Of a stretch of DNA of 64,000 bases, positions 15,183-30,012 are shown piece by piece. A program made the position numbers and the translations under genes. Each line of letters begins with the position of its first letter. Within the stretch, counting starts at the first letter, position 1. Source of the DNA: Octopus vulgaris (Eukaryota); contig OX597820.1 in assembly GCA_951406725.2 (NCBI GenBank), positions 26,908,001 through 26,972,000 on the forward strand, in the 5' to 3' direction. The notes under the pieces are model-generated. The model was not told where the DNA came from. It worked only from the letters and a program-made list of their open reading frames with translations, and searched no databases.

Positions 15183-15470
15183 CTTTTACTTATTTGAGTC
15201 ACTGGATTGCGACCATGCTGGAGCACTGCCCCCCAAGGCTGCGGTCGTACAAATAGACCACAGTATTTATTTTGTTCCTTTTATAAGTTTGGTACATATG
15301 TTATCGGTGTTTTTTGCCGAACCGCAAAATTTACGTGGACGTACACAAACCAGCACGGGTTGTCAAGCGGTGGACGCGTTGGAGGAACAAACGCAAAGAC
15401 ACGCATATACGTACTTACACACACACCCATACACATACGAACACAGACACAAACACATACATACGTATAA

Positions 15471-15544
<74 letters not shown>

Positions 15545-15762
15545 CACGTACAGATATTAATATATATACATACACTTGCAAACACACATAGAATGGCGAC
15601 AAGATTCCACACAGTTTTCGTCTTCCAAATTTACTCTCAATCGTTGGCTGGCGCCACGTACTATCGTCAAAGAACTTGCTCAAGTGTTGCGCAGTGAATT
15701 GGATCCTGAAAGCCACGTAGCTGCAAAGACAACTTCTGAAGCACACAACTGTGCATAAGCCT
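15183..15762 (-). mobile_element. Older SINE A copy
   Basis: CCATGCTGGAGCACTGCC, TTTTGCCGAACCGC, internal (CA)/(TA)n, degenerate head. Confidence 0.8.
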
Positions 15763-15962
15763 ACACTTTTAATTATTTTAAAATATACATATCATATTTC
15801 CTTTAAACGTGAAATAAATTTTTTATAATATAAAACCATATAACTGAGGACAGTACTGTCTATTATTTATGAAGTGCTGACTAGAATCCTCATATTATTT
15901 ATAAAACATCTGCCCTTCAATAACGACTCTGTATATTAAATACAAGGCTTCTTTTTATAACA

Positions 15963-16022
<60 letters not shown>

Positions 16023-16316
16023 TTTGACTCTGACTGGTGTATAATACTAATATTTATTTTTCTACGAAGCCAGTGACAAAGTCACAATTGACTAGTAGCA
16101 TTCAGTTTTGTCACTTTAAGCAAACACAAGCATGGCTGTATGGTTAAAAAGAATCGCTTCGCAAGAAACCGCGTAGTTTCTGGTTCAAGCCCACCGCGCA
16201 GCACCATGGTCCAATGATTTTTTGTTTTTGCTTCATAGTCACGTCTTGATCTTTATTTGATGATATGAATTTAATTTGGTTGTCGGAAAGTTTGTGGAAG
16301 TGCGTCGTCAGTTTCT

Positions 16317-16800
16317 ATAGAGGAATCCCTCGGGTCATTCCGAAAAGCTCTATCTGCGACGATTTCATCTCAATCGAAGGAGAGGGGCTTTCTCCGTCCA
16401 GGTTGCGGATCCGTGGAACAAGCTGCCAGACGAGATGGTGAAGATGCCGACGACCGCTTTGTTCAAAGTCTCCCTTGACCTCAAGTGGTCTGAACTCTTT
16501 ACATGAACACCACCCTGTACATAACTCCATGTCCCCCTACATGGCCTTGCTTTTTGCTTTTTGAGCCAAAAAATTAACTAACTAACTAACATATCGCGGT
16601 TCACCTATCGCGGTTTATTATTTAAGCTTACGTCGATTCCTCCGTGATGTTGTTTTGCATATATAATAAAATAAATATATACAAATTATAAGAAATAATA
16701 AAAAAGAATATATAGTACTGGACTGTTTCTACTTCGAGGATTTTCACCGATTGAGGGGTGTTTTTGAACGTAATACCCGCGATAATCGAAATATTACTAT
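16317..16800. mobile_element. Tigger/pogo-like MITE with its left end interrupted by a CR1 fragment
   Basis: Left AATCCCTCG...ATATCGCGG split by the insertion; right CCCGCGATAATCGAAATATTACTATA. Confidence 0.55.
16332..16590 (+). mobile_element. CR1-clade LINE 3' end
   Basis: Encodes GHSEKLYLRRFHLNRRRGAFSVQVADPWNKLPDEMVKMPTTALFKVSLD, the CR1 C-terminal RGH...WNxLP...FK..LD pattern; (CTAA)n tail. Confidence 0.85.
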
Positions 16801-16868
16801 ATCCCAGTGTCTCTGTGTGTCTGTTCGTCTGTCTAATTTTTACTCCCACTGTGTGTCTCGCACACACA

Positions 16869-16916
<48 letters not shown>

Positions 16917-17022
16917 GTGCTATTTAGACATGCCCTGGGCCTATACTGGTGGAAACCTATAAAAGTTATCAAAGTTATTATGTCTGTCTATGTATGTATG
17001 TATGTATATATCTGTATGTCTG

Positions 17023-17086
<64 letters not shown>

Positions 17087-17559
17087 CATTCTCATAGCAA
17101 CTGCAACACACAAACACAAATATGCACACTGGAACGCTCACGTTCAAGAAGAAGACTCACACAAGCATTTGGTAGAACCAATTTCATCACACAAATATTC
17201 ATTCACACACACACACACACACACACTTCCTTTCTTTCTTCCTCCATTTCTCATATACATACACACTCTCATCCATAGGACTACATAAATATTAAGCCTG
17301 TAACTAGAAGACGGACGGGTTTGAACCTGAACTTGACCTGGAGAGAGCATGCCATACCATCGAGGAGGTCACCAAGGTAACGAAAAGACTTTAACAAATT
17401 GATTGATTACTTGATTAATCGAATGATTAAGCAAACGAACGATTAGTTATTTAAATAATTACCCAATTGACGAATAATAATAATAATGAAGTGTAATTAA
17501 GCATGTGTGTGTGTTTATTATTGGTCTTATGACCCTCTTGAGATACAACAAAACGTAGA

Positions 17560-17596
<37 letters not shown>

Positions 17597-17846
17597 ATAT
17601 ATATAGATCCATACACACACACACATATATATGTATGTATACATGTATATGTGTATATATTTAGATATATTTATATGAATATATATATGATTATATATAT
17701 ATATACATACATAGGTATGCATAAATGTTTATATATATGTATATATGTATACACAGACAGATACACACACACGCACACACACATATATATGTGCGTGTGT
17801 GTGTGTAAATATTAGCAATCCATCCCTCCATCCATCCATCCATCCA

Positions 17847-17895
<49 letters not shown>

Positions 17896-18221
17896 GAAAC
17901 AACATAGACACACATATATACATGTTTGTGTACGTATATAATTTGTAAAGGATGTAAACATTAGCCAGAAACCAACAAGCCGGTGCTCTTTGAGTGAGGG
18001 CCTTTACAAGCACAGTGCGGAAAAGAAGTAATATTAGTAGTATACATAGCTTCTTTTTGGATGAATCAAAGGATTTAAACAGCAATTTAAAAGCTTGACA
18101 TGATACAATAACTGGTTTTTATTATGGGGTGAAGAGATATGATGTTGGAAGAGAAAAAGGCTTTCACTGAGAGAAACGATATTCTGTGTTCTTCTGTATT
18201 AATTAAACTGTAAGGTTAGGA

Positions 18222-18635
18222 TTATTACCGTCGCCAAGGAAGGAGGTTATGTTTTCATCGGCGTTGGTTTGTCCTCCTGTCAGTCTGTCAATATGTGTGC
18301 AAAATAACTCAAAAAGTTGTAAATGGTATTTGATGAAACTTGTAGGAAAAGTCAGTAATGACACAAGGAACAGATGATGAAATTTTGGCAGTGATCTGGG
18401 AATATTATGGATTCTTGAAGGATTTTTCATTTGTTATATTTACTTTACATGAAGTATTACTATGTTACGTTCTTTGATTATCTCCCTTGAAAACACGTTC
18501 ATCGTTTCCACGTAACCTATGGTGGCGTTGCTGTTTCCAAAGTTTATTTTCGTTTCTCTATTAGTAATTTTACTCGCGTATCTATCTTAAAATGAGCTTG
18601 GCGGAGGTCTGCGCTCTCCGAGTGCTTTTCTAGTT
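18222..18635 (+). mobile_element. Helentron-associated / DINE-1-like non-autonomous element
   Basis: Subterminal IRs ACCGTCGCCAAG (18227) and CTTGGCGGAGGT (18597); 3' hairpin GCGCTC-TCC-GAGTGC, then TTTTCTAGTT; TT-rich ends. Confidence 0.75.
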
Positions 18636-18739
18636 TAGATAGTTTTACGCTGAATAACAGCATGTATTAGGGACTGTGTATGCCATTGTTCAAGGGAAGT
18701 CGCTTTTAAAAGAGCCATATGTAGTTATGTTGCGACTAA

Positions 18740-19133
18740 TCTATATGTATAAAGCTGAAGTTGTCTGTGTGTATGTGGCAGGTTTGATAGCCTTCAACTA
18801 ACACTATCTCCTCCGAGACTCTGCGGCGCAAGTTGACGAAAATTGAGAATATGATAGAAGAAGGCTTGCTCTTCATTCCGTAGAAGAGAAAATTCAAATC
18901 GGACCATGTTAAGACTAAAAATTATTTACATAAAAAAGGTGCTTTTTTTCTATGAAAATCCCTATTTTTTACGATTTTTTGACTGCTGTGTCGCCATTTT
19001 TCGGTGTATTTCAACCAGAAAAATATTCACTTAAAGAGAATAACAAGCTACATAATGCCAAATTTTTACTTTTCAAAAATTCCAATTCTAAAAGGTCGAA
19101 TCAAACCCGAGCAACGCCGGGCTATACCGCTAG
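18740..19133 (+). mobile_element. Non-autonomous Helitron
   Basis: A|TCTATATGTATAAAGCTGAAGTTG ... CAAACCCGAGCAACGCCGGG hairpin ... CTAG|T. Confidence 0.88.
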
Positions 19134-20217
19134 TATGTATATATGACTATTTAATGTTGTTGGTTATAGTTTGGATTATATTTGATATATCTCAGGTCAG
19201 ATAATCATTAGGTGTCGTATTAACATTGAGATAGTATTTGGTTAGTTAGGTTATCGTTAGGGGATGTATCGATTTGTAAAAATTGGGTTCCTCGAGTAAA
19301 TTTTGGAAAATTGATGCATCAAGATACTCTGTTTCGAAATTAACAAGAAAAAACTGAGCATGTCACAGCAAATCAAATTTAGTTCCCTTCTTCAAGACTG
19401 TTGTAATGTGACTGAATGACATGAAACTTTTCTCAAGACAGAGGTCGCAGACATCTCGGCAGTTCCTTAATGTCTTCAGCAAATATTAGTTAAGAAAAGC
19501 AGGCGGAGATGCAAGTGCTGTCGAGGCATTGTATATAGTTTTTGCTTCGAAAGTATACTGAACGTTGATTGGGCCTTTATTTTGTTACGTCAATTTTTTG
19601 CGGATATTTACGCTACAAGTCGTGTAGGAGGATGTTCCTGATGTACAACGTCGGCTTTCATATATTAATGAGAAAAGATATCTAGAATTCCATGTTACGT
19701 ATCTTTTGTAATAACAAAATAAATGGATTTCGTAAAATAAGATAACCTCGTAAAATAAGATGACGATAGACACGTTTCTGCTATTTAAGCACGACCAGTA
19801 TTACTTGCTGTTTGAATGTTGAGTGTGAAGGCATTTATTTATTTATTTTGAAATATAAGACTTTATCTTTAACGTTGTTCAGCACTTAATTAAGATTTGT
19901 TTTGCATATACCAGAAATATTCTCTACTTGTTGTTTACTTGACTTCATAGGCGGATGAAGGGCAATGCCCGTTGCATTTTGGAGAGTTTTGAGTGGAAGT
20001 GATACTCAGTCCAGAGACCTGGCTCGAATACTTGTGAGACCCAAGTGCCATGTTGTAGCGTTAAGCATGACTATTAAGTCCAAAATTCATGCAACTGCAT
20101 TCCTCCTTTGTGTCCAAAATCGCTAAAACCATTAAATGTGATAAATTATCGGCATTGTTTCAAATACAATGTTTAATTTTTATATAATACAAAGTGGGCA
20201 TAATGTCAGGTACTATT

Positions 20218-20416
20218 ACTCTTTTACTTGTTTCAGTCATTTGACTGTGGCCATGCTGGAGCACCGCCTTCAGTCGAGCAAATCGACCCCGGGACTTATT
20301 CTTTGTAAGCCTAGTACTTGTTCTATCGGTCTCTATCGCCGAACCGCTAAGTTGCGGGGTCCTAAACACACCAGCATCGGTTGTCAAGCGATGTTGGGAG
20401 GACAAACACAGACACA

Positions 20417-20479
<63 letters not shown>

Positions 20480-20643
20480 GACAGGCTTCTTTCAATTTCC
20501 GTCAACCAAATCCACTCACAAGGCTTTGCTCGGCCTGAGGCTATAGTAGAAGACACTTGTCCAAGGTGCCAAGCAGTGGGACTGAACCCGGAACCATGTG
20601 GTTGGTGAGCAAGCTACTTACCACACAGCCACTCCTGCGCCTA
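20218..20643 (-). mobile_element. Full-length SINE A with internal (TG)n
   Basis: Head GGCGCAGGAGTGGCTGTGTGGTAAG, B box GGTTCAGTCCC, tail AAACAAGTAAAAGAGTAA. Confidence 0.93.
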
Positions 20644-20883
20644 TATTAATAAAAATAGTTTAGTGCATATGGTTTTCTTTTGCAGACCATTAGGATGAAT
20701 AGAGAGGATCGTGTAGCAATGGTTATCTGGCGAATCCAAAGAAGCACAATGAAATGAGAAATACATTTGGGTGGAATTCAACAAGGTAATACCCAACAGA
20801 TAAGGGGATTAGTAAAGAAGCGAAAATAATCCGCTTAAGTGTCTGCAAAAGAAATCGTATAAACTGAGTCGTTATTACGTTTG

Positions 20884-20955
<72 letters not shown>

Positions 20956-21035
20956 TCGAAATATATTTCCCATTCCAACTTTCTTCAGTTCGATCGAAAG
21001 TTCCGGTTGTGTTCTCGCTCTATAATAAAGGACTT

Positions 21036-21176
21036 TGTTGTGGTAAGTAGCTCGCTTACCAGCCACATGCATGGTTCCGGGTTCAGTCCCACAGCATGGC
21101 ATCTTCAGCAAGTGTCTTCTACTATAGCCTCGGGCCGACCAAAGACGGAAACTGAAAGAAGCCCGTCGTATATATG

Positions 21177-21233
<57 letters not shown>

Positions 21234-21434
21234 ATGTATGTTTGTGTGTCTGTGTTTGTCCCCCTAGCATTGTTTGACAACCGATGCTGGTGTGTTTATG
21301 AACCCGTAACTTAGCGGTTCAGCAAAAGGACTCATAGAATAATTCCCGGGGTCGATTTGCTCGACTAAAGTCGGTGCTCCAGCATGGCCGCAGTCAAATA
21401 ACTGAAACAAATAAAAAAGTAAAGAGTAAAGAGA
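21036..21434 (+). mobile_element. SINE A with a small internal deletion
   Basis: Family A body and tail; oriented head-to-head with the 20218-20643 copy. Confidence 0.9.
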
Positions 21435-22249
21435 ATGTGTTTACCAATAAAAAATGTTTTCAGTTTCAAAACTGATTAAGGTCTGTAACCATAATGATGT
21501 TTCAAATATATTCTCCTAACACTATAACTTCCCAGTCGGTTGTTTGTCTATATCTCTCATTACACATTTGCGCGTGCGCGCGCGTGTGTATTACATAATG
21601 ATTGCACTGTTATATTTCATTTCAATTTTTATTGTATTAGAATACAGATTTAACCTTCTCCTTGTTTGCTTTGTCCATCTGTAACTTTTTATTGCTAAAA
21701 TACCTTGTTAACAGTTATAATCTAATTAAGCTTAATGTGTCTTATTTGTATCTTATTACCGAGTTGGTAGAGTCCTGGGAATCTAATGCCATGTTGAGCA
21801 TTTAGGGATAGTTTTCTATCGTAAGACTGTTTTTGCTCTATTGCATGTATAAGAGTCCTTTTTCTCGGTACATTTGTCCATTCCGAGCTGTTTTATACTC
21901 AACTCGTATGACAGATATTCACAGTATGAGTATGACTTTTGCACAGTCTGATGGGAAGATATGATTCTCAACACAGTTTTAAATAATAAAGCAAGGTCAT
22001 ACCCACTTCCATTATATCATGTCTCAAAAGCTACCATTCATCATCTATTTTTTCCACTTTGTAGACTTGTGTCGGAGTCTTAATTTTATGAGTATTTTTA
22101 AAGTGCTTTTGGTGAAAAATACATCTCTAAAATCAATTTTGGCGTATCTTATCAACTACGTACGTGTTATTGTCGACTATGAATGTTAATGTACGCATAC
22201 ATGTATGTATATGCGAATGTGCGTTTGAACTTTATAATTAAATCTATAT

Positions 22250-23225
22250 CATGGTTTCCCAGAAGAATTAATTCGGACAAAAGCAATTCTAATTAGATGC
22301 AAACCAGAATTAATTCTGTTACATATCTATTCAAATTCGCCATCTTCAATGTAGTTTTCATGCCTATCCTCATCTAAGGTCGTGAGTGTTGGGCATTGAC
22401 GGAAAGAATACGATTGCGAATTTAAGCGGCCAAAATTAGGTCCCTTCAAAGGATAAGTGTAGTAATGTTAGTCGATAGGTGCATAGCACGGAGATCAAGA
22501 AGTCTCTCCAGATCGAGCCATTACACTGCATTAATAGATCACAGATCCGGTACTACAGACATATGATTAGAATGTTGCAGGAGAGAATCGCAAGACGGAT
22601 ACTTCAATCCGAATAAGCAGGCAGGAGACCCAGGAGTAGAGCAAGAATTAGATAGTTGGATAATACCCGTTGAGTCGATTGTTCACGCTTGGGAATCCAT
22701 CCAGAAAATATAACGTTTGCTTCTGACTGGACCATATGGAGGAGGTGCCTGAGAACTCTACTTGATAGGACCGTATGAACCCTTCCGTATGAACTCCACC
22801 TATGAACTCTACCTGATAGGACCCTATGGAGGAGGTGCCTGAGAACTCTATTTGATAGGTCCGTATGAACCCGTCCCTATGAACTCCACCTATGAACTCT
22901 ACCTGATAGGACCCTATGGAGGAGGTGCCTGAGAACTCTACATGATAGGACCGTTTGAACCCATCCCTATGAACTCTACCTATGAACTCTACCTGAAAGG
23001 ACCCTATGGAGGAAGTGCCTGAGAACTCTACTTGACAGGGCCGTTTGAACCCGTCCCTATGAACTCCATATATGAACTCTACCTTATAGGACCCTATGAT
23101 AGCACCGTATGAACTCTGCCCAAAGAACTCTACCTGACAGGACCCTATGGAGGAGGTACCTGAGGACTCTATCCCACGACATTCCCAGGAATACTAGATG
23201 TGGAAGATGGATGGGTGAATGGACA
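22250..23225 (+). mobile_element. Decayed Rex3/Expander-type (RTE clade) LINE 3' end
   Basis: Interrupted translation ECWALTERIRLRI*AAKIRSLQRI...RSQIRYYRHMIRMLQERIARRILQ...GRRPR...DRTLWRR; GATGGATGG tail typical of Rex3. Confidence 0.8.
22729..23170. repeat. 90-bp minisatellite (4 full units plus partials) with TATGAACTC sub-repeats
   Basis: GGA(G/A)GTGCCTGAGAACTCTA recurs at 22741, 22831, 22921 and 23011. Confidence 0.95.
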
Positions 23226-24006
23226 CCTCCAGTGTGGATCTTCTACTAAAGCACTCATATCATGAACTGCATTCAACTGTTATCTCACAATACATTAAAA
23301 AAGGCACCCTATAAGATTTATCATAAATTCACACATTTCCTATGAATATCCTTAGCTGATATAAACACCACACCAGATATTCATCTATGCTGGATAAAGT
23401 TTATGGCAAATATACTAAAGTTCCGCTAACTGCAGTTCACCTAAATGTACATGTTGTTCGATAATTAAGAGTACATAGGTGAACATTGTGAGCGAAAAGA
23501 AACCGTATATTGGTTGATTGGATGCTTTTGTAACTGGTAATGATTAAAAATCAACATGGACTGTCGTTTCAATGTTTATTTTCCATCAGCTATCACATAC
23601 AAGTATAAGTACGTACGTATGTATGTATGTATGTATGTATGTATGTATGTATGTATGTATGTATGTATGTATGTATGTATGTATGTATGCATATGTATAT
23701 ATATATATGCATGCATGTGTGTATGTATGTATGTATGTATGTATGCATGTATGTATTCATATATTTATATTATACGCATGGTCATTTGACAGAAATACAG
23801 GAGACTGTGATTTCTAAGTGTCGCCGGCAGTATACACGGATACATAAATTATACACAAATACATACATATATACTGAGATACATACGTAGATACATACAC
23901 ACAGCTAACTGATATTGTGGTATGCATATTTGTACACACATATAAATAAATAAATAAATATATATATATATATCAATATCTACCTATCTGTCTGTCTGTC
24001 TCTGTC

Positions 24007-24047
<41 letters not shown>

Positions 24048-24067
24048 ATATATATACACACACATAG

Positions 24068-24330
24068 AGGGAGATAATTGTATCGAATACAATTATAATT
24101 AAGGGCACAGAACCTACCATGCCAATAAGCTGAAAATAGACGCCAAATACGCAGAGCCACTCTAAATCTTCACCTTAGAATATACACAGGTTGAAATCAG
24201 GAAAAGTGAACTGATCAAAATTTCATAAAATATTTCAGATAGTTTTGGATTGATCAATTTCTAGATTAGTTTGATAACTTTTCCTTCATCAGCAAAACAT
24301 ACTGAGCGAAATAAATTAAAATATTCATAC
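24068..24330 (-). mobile_element. Penelope-like pLTR fragment
   Basis: Minus strand CTGATGA-AGGA...TCC-AAAAC hammerhead-like core. Confidence 0.45.
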
Positions 24331-24728
24331 CCACAGACAAAGCATACACGTAATGCGAGTACATACAAATATTCACAAATATGTACGCATCGAATTTCGT
24401 AGTCTACCTCAACACGTGTGTATTTCGTCAGAATAGTTCAGAAGTAATTAAATCGTCTCGAAGTAAATGGGATACGTCTAAACATAATTAAAGGATAAAA
24501 TTAAAATTAATGAATTTTATCAGTGGCCAGCTTTTAGTCTGCTATAATGGAATCCATAGGCACATATAAAGCATCCAAGGGTATAGTTTTCCTCTGAAGA
24601 GATTAAGTCATATAAATATAAATGAAATATTTATTGAATATTAATTGAAACAGCTGTAAGTGAAGATGATTAATTTGCTGTTGATAATAAGCAATTAATA
24701 ACTTCCCAATCTCCATTTTCTTTTTCTT

Positions 24729-25383
<655 letters not shown>

Positions 25384-25409
25384 ATATATATATATATATA
25401 CATATATAC

Positions 25410-26443
25410 ATGGCATTTACATTAATGACATTAATGACATCATCAAGCACAGCAACATAAAAATCTTTGCAGATGACTCCAAGCTACAGAAGGTCATAAA
25501 TGAGGCGAGTGACCGGACATGCCTTCAGTCAGATCTACTGGCTGTTATCCAATGGGCAGAAAAAAACAATATGCTGCTGAACGAGGATAAATTTGAGCTA
25601 ATCCACTTTGGAAAAGAGGATGCCCTGAAACTCCCATACTCCCTTCCTTCAGGTGAAACTCTCGCGGCGTCCAACAACATCAGAGACTTGGGAGTAATTG
25701 TGGACAACAACGTAAGCTGGGCCACTCATATAAACACCAAAGTTGACATGGCCCGCAGAATGTGTTCCTGGATTCTCAGAACTTTCCAGTCGAGAGATAT
25801 CCACACCATTATCCTTCTCTTCTCCACTTTTGCCCGACCCCACCTTGAATACTGTTGTCCACTGTGGTCTCCCCACACAATACAAGGTATCATAAAAGTT
25901 GAAGCACCTCAAAGGGCAATCACAAAAAGATAGATGGCATGACAGGCCTCGACTATTGGGGTCGGCTAGAAAAGCTAAACCTCTATTCTCTCCAACGTCG
26001 TCGTGAGCGCTACATCATCTGCATGATGTGGAAAATATTCTATCAGCATTGCCCAAATGATGTTGGCATCACCTTTAAGGTACATCCAAGGCTTGGGCCC
26101 CGTGCCATCCGCCCAAAACAAAAATCGCACTCTCATCTCATAACAACAATACGGCACAATTATTTCACCTCAATTGGCCCCGCTCTCTTTAACATTACAC
26201 CAAAACACATTAAAACGGAAACTGACCCTATAGGGTTCAAGAAGTCTTTGGACAGATTCCTTCAAGAAATCCCGGATAAACCCCCTACACCCGGATATGT
26301 CTCTGTAAACAATAACTCTCTACTTGAGTGGGCCATAGTGCCCAAATTCTGACTTGAAAGACTTCACCAGGTGGTGCTATTAAGTTAGACATGGCCTGGG
26401 CCAATAATGGCCGAAACCTATCAAAGTATCAAAGTATCAAAGT
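25410..26443 (+). mobile_element. 5'-truncated CR1-clade LINE (RT C-terminal half, one frameshift, 3'UTR, octamer tail)
   Basis: YIND...IKIFADDSKL, RDLGVIVD, RPHLEYCCPLWSP, LYSLQRRRERY; frameshift near 25930 joins ORFs 25322-25933 and 25939-26352; tail (TATCAAAG)x3. Confidence 0.95.
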
Positions 26444-27039
26444 ATATATATATATACATATATACATATATACACACACACATACATACGCATACTCAAT
26501 CCATCTTCCATTTAAATTTTCAACAACCACCATTATTAGTTTAATACTATTAAGTTATGTCGACTATGCCTGAAATTCTGTCGAATAAATGAACGAGGAA
26601 TTAATACAGAAAAAATAAAACATAAAGAAAAAAAGGAAGAAAAAATCAGATAAAAAAGAAGCAAAAAATATCTAGTTCGGATGTTGTTGTTTAATCGCAG
26701 GGCAAGATTTCTGGGGAGATTGGTTTTTGCTAATTCTGGTAGTTTCAACGACCTCGCAGAAGCTAGTCCGTTCGTTTTCGTGGGCTGGTTATCAAAATTG
26801 TTTGCCTCTTAGCAAAGAACATGATACACGAAGGAAAAAACAGAAAGCGCGTGTGAGGGCATTAGGCATGCGCAGTCCATGAGCAGCGTGTATGTCAAAT
26901 CCCGGGAGTATATTTTCAAATGTCAGAAGAGTTGTTATTCACAAATAAATTATTGGCCAAATGGAATATTTAAAATGGTAGAAGCTTTCTGAAATAGAAT
27001 ACGAATACACATACATATATATACATACATACTTACATG

Positions 27040-27081
<42 letters not shown>

Positions 27082-27087
27082 CATACA

Positions 27088-27174
<87 letters not shown>

Positions 27175-27484
27175 ATGTCTGTATATGATAGAACTAATAG
27201 AAAAACAAATATAAGCAAAAAAATGTGCTTGTACGATAGGATGATAGGAATATTACATAATTTAGATGACTTTCGGAAAACTGAGAAGGTGAAATTGTGT
27301 TCAAAGTGCATTGTATTACACATTTTTTGCAGGGGCATATAATATATGGGCGTTTATGTGCGCGTGTGCGTGTATATGTGTGTACCTGTACCTAAGTGTG
27401 TTTGTGTATATATATATATATACATATATACATATATATCTGTACGTGTGTGTATGTATATATATAGCAATATATATAAATGTG

Positions 27485-27546
<62 letters not shown>

Positions 27547-27872
27547 TATATATATATATAGGTATATGTATACATGTATAAATAAATGTATGTATATGAC
27601 TATATATATAATATATATTTAGACTTATGTGTATATATGCGTATATATATATATATGTGTGTGTATATATAATTATATATACATACATACATGCATACAT
27701 AAATATATATAATATGAATAAATATATGTCATAAATAACTCGTTCTCATATCTATTTTACCGAAAATTCATAAATATTAACATAAATTTCTTTTTCTCAT
27801 CTTCCTTCCCTCTCACCCTGATTGTCCATCTGTTCCTATCTATCCATCTCTCTACCCCCTCTCACTCTCTCA

Positions 27873-27924
<52 letters not shown>

Positions 27925-28269
27925 ATACATGTATCTATGCGTCTGTGCACGAGGTGAGCTTTGTGTCTGCTTGTGTTGAACATTTGAAATATATCAAGAT
28001 TTAGTGTCATATGTTGTACACAGTGTAAGTATTATGAGCGTGAACCGCTATTTATTCGAAGTACTATAAACCGGATACCAGCATTGACTGAAAGGAATAA
28101 AAGAGACAGGAAGCAATGTGTAGTAATAAATGTTCAAATGGTCATGAGGTCGACGATTCATATACCGTAAATATAATGCTTTTCGAACATTTTTGTTTTT
28201 AACTATAGCCTCTTTTCTTCCATTGATTATTTATCAACGCCGCCGTTTGCTACATTCCAAGAAAATTTT

Positions 28270-28822
<553 letters not shown>

Positions 28823-29217
28823 ATTATACTAGAAAGCGTGGCTATCGACAGGTTGATCACCGGTTAAGAAGATCGCTTCGCAGCTACGTGGTTTCCGATC
28901 AAGCCCCACTGTGTGATAATAAGGACGCGTGTCTACTCGTATGGATACATGCGAGTGCATTTGGTAGACGGAAACTGTGAGGATGCCTTCATATATATAT
29001 ATATATATATATATGAACGTATACATGTATGTATGTGTATATGTATATACATACATACGGACATACATACATGCATACCTGCATACGTACACACCGTTAT
29101 TTATTGGAACAGTGAATCTCGAAGCACACAAAGCTATTAATAATAGAGTGTAAATATTGGGTTAATAACTCGTTTGATAGAAATAGTGAAAGACTGCCGT
29201 GGAACTTATGCTGTTAT

Positions 29218-29251
<34 letters not shown>

Positions 29252-29410
29252 CATATATATATGTATTAAATACATGTATATTACGTATATATATATATAT
29301 ATAAGCATATATATATGAACGATATATATATTTACATATATATATATATGTAAATATATGTATACATATATGTACATATATATGTATATGTAGATATTTG
29401 CATATGTAAC

Positions 29411-29454
<44 letters not shown>

Positions 29455-29455
<1 letters not shown>

Positions 29456-29800
29456 TAAATATTAGGGAATAAATCCAAATTTACAGGGAAAAAATCAGAT
29501 TTAGGATTAAATCCAATTTTATAGTAAAATATTATATAATATTATTAGAGATTAAAACCACTATTTTGCAAAACAAACAAGGAAAGACTTAATCAATACA
29601 TAAAATTTTAATAATAAAATTTTATGTATTGATTAAGTCTTTCCTTGTTTGTTTTGCAAAATAGTGGTTTTGTCTCTAATAATATTATATATATACATAT
29701 ATATATATAGTTACATATGCAAATATCTACATATACATATTCTTCTAAAGAAAGAATATGTATATGTAGATATTTGCATATGTAACTATATATATATACA
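29455..29800. repeat. Two adjacent hairpins (Penelope-like foldback)
   Basis: Arms 29533-29610 and 29615-29691; second hairpin ~29695-29800 around loop TTCTAAAGAAA. Confidence 0.85.
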
Positions 29801-29888
29801 TATATATATATAATATATATATACATACATATATATATACATATATATATACATACATATATATATATACATACATATATATATATAC

Positions 29889-29921
<33 letters not shown>

Positions 29922-29948
29922 CATACATACATATATATACATACATAT

Positions 29949-30010
<62 letters not shown>

Positions 30011-30012
<2 letters not shown>

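Noticed and set aside
22729-23170. CRISPR-like array
   Set aside because: No unique spacers, no cas genes, eukaryotic context.
22651-23193. ~180-codon stop-free minus frame across the 90-bp repeat
   Set aside because: No usable start codon near its 5' end; explained by a unit length divisible by three; the plus strand is a decayed LINE.
26860-26910. NRF1-like GCATGCGCAG promoter motif
   Set aside because: Single imperfect motif with no associated exon.
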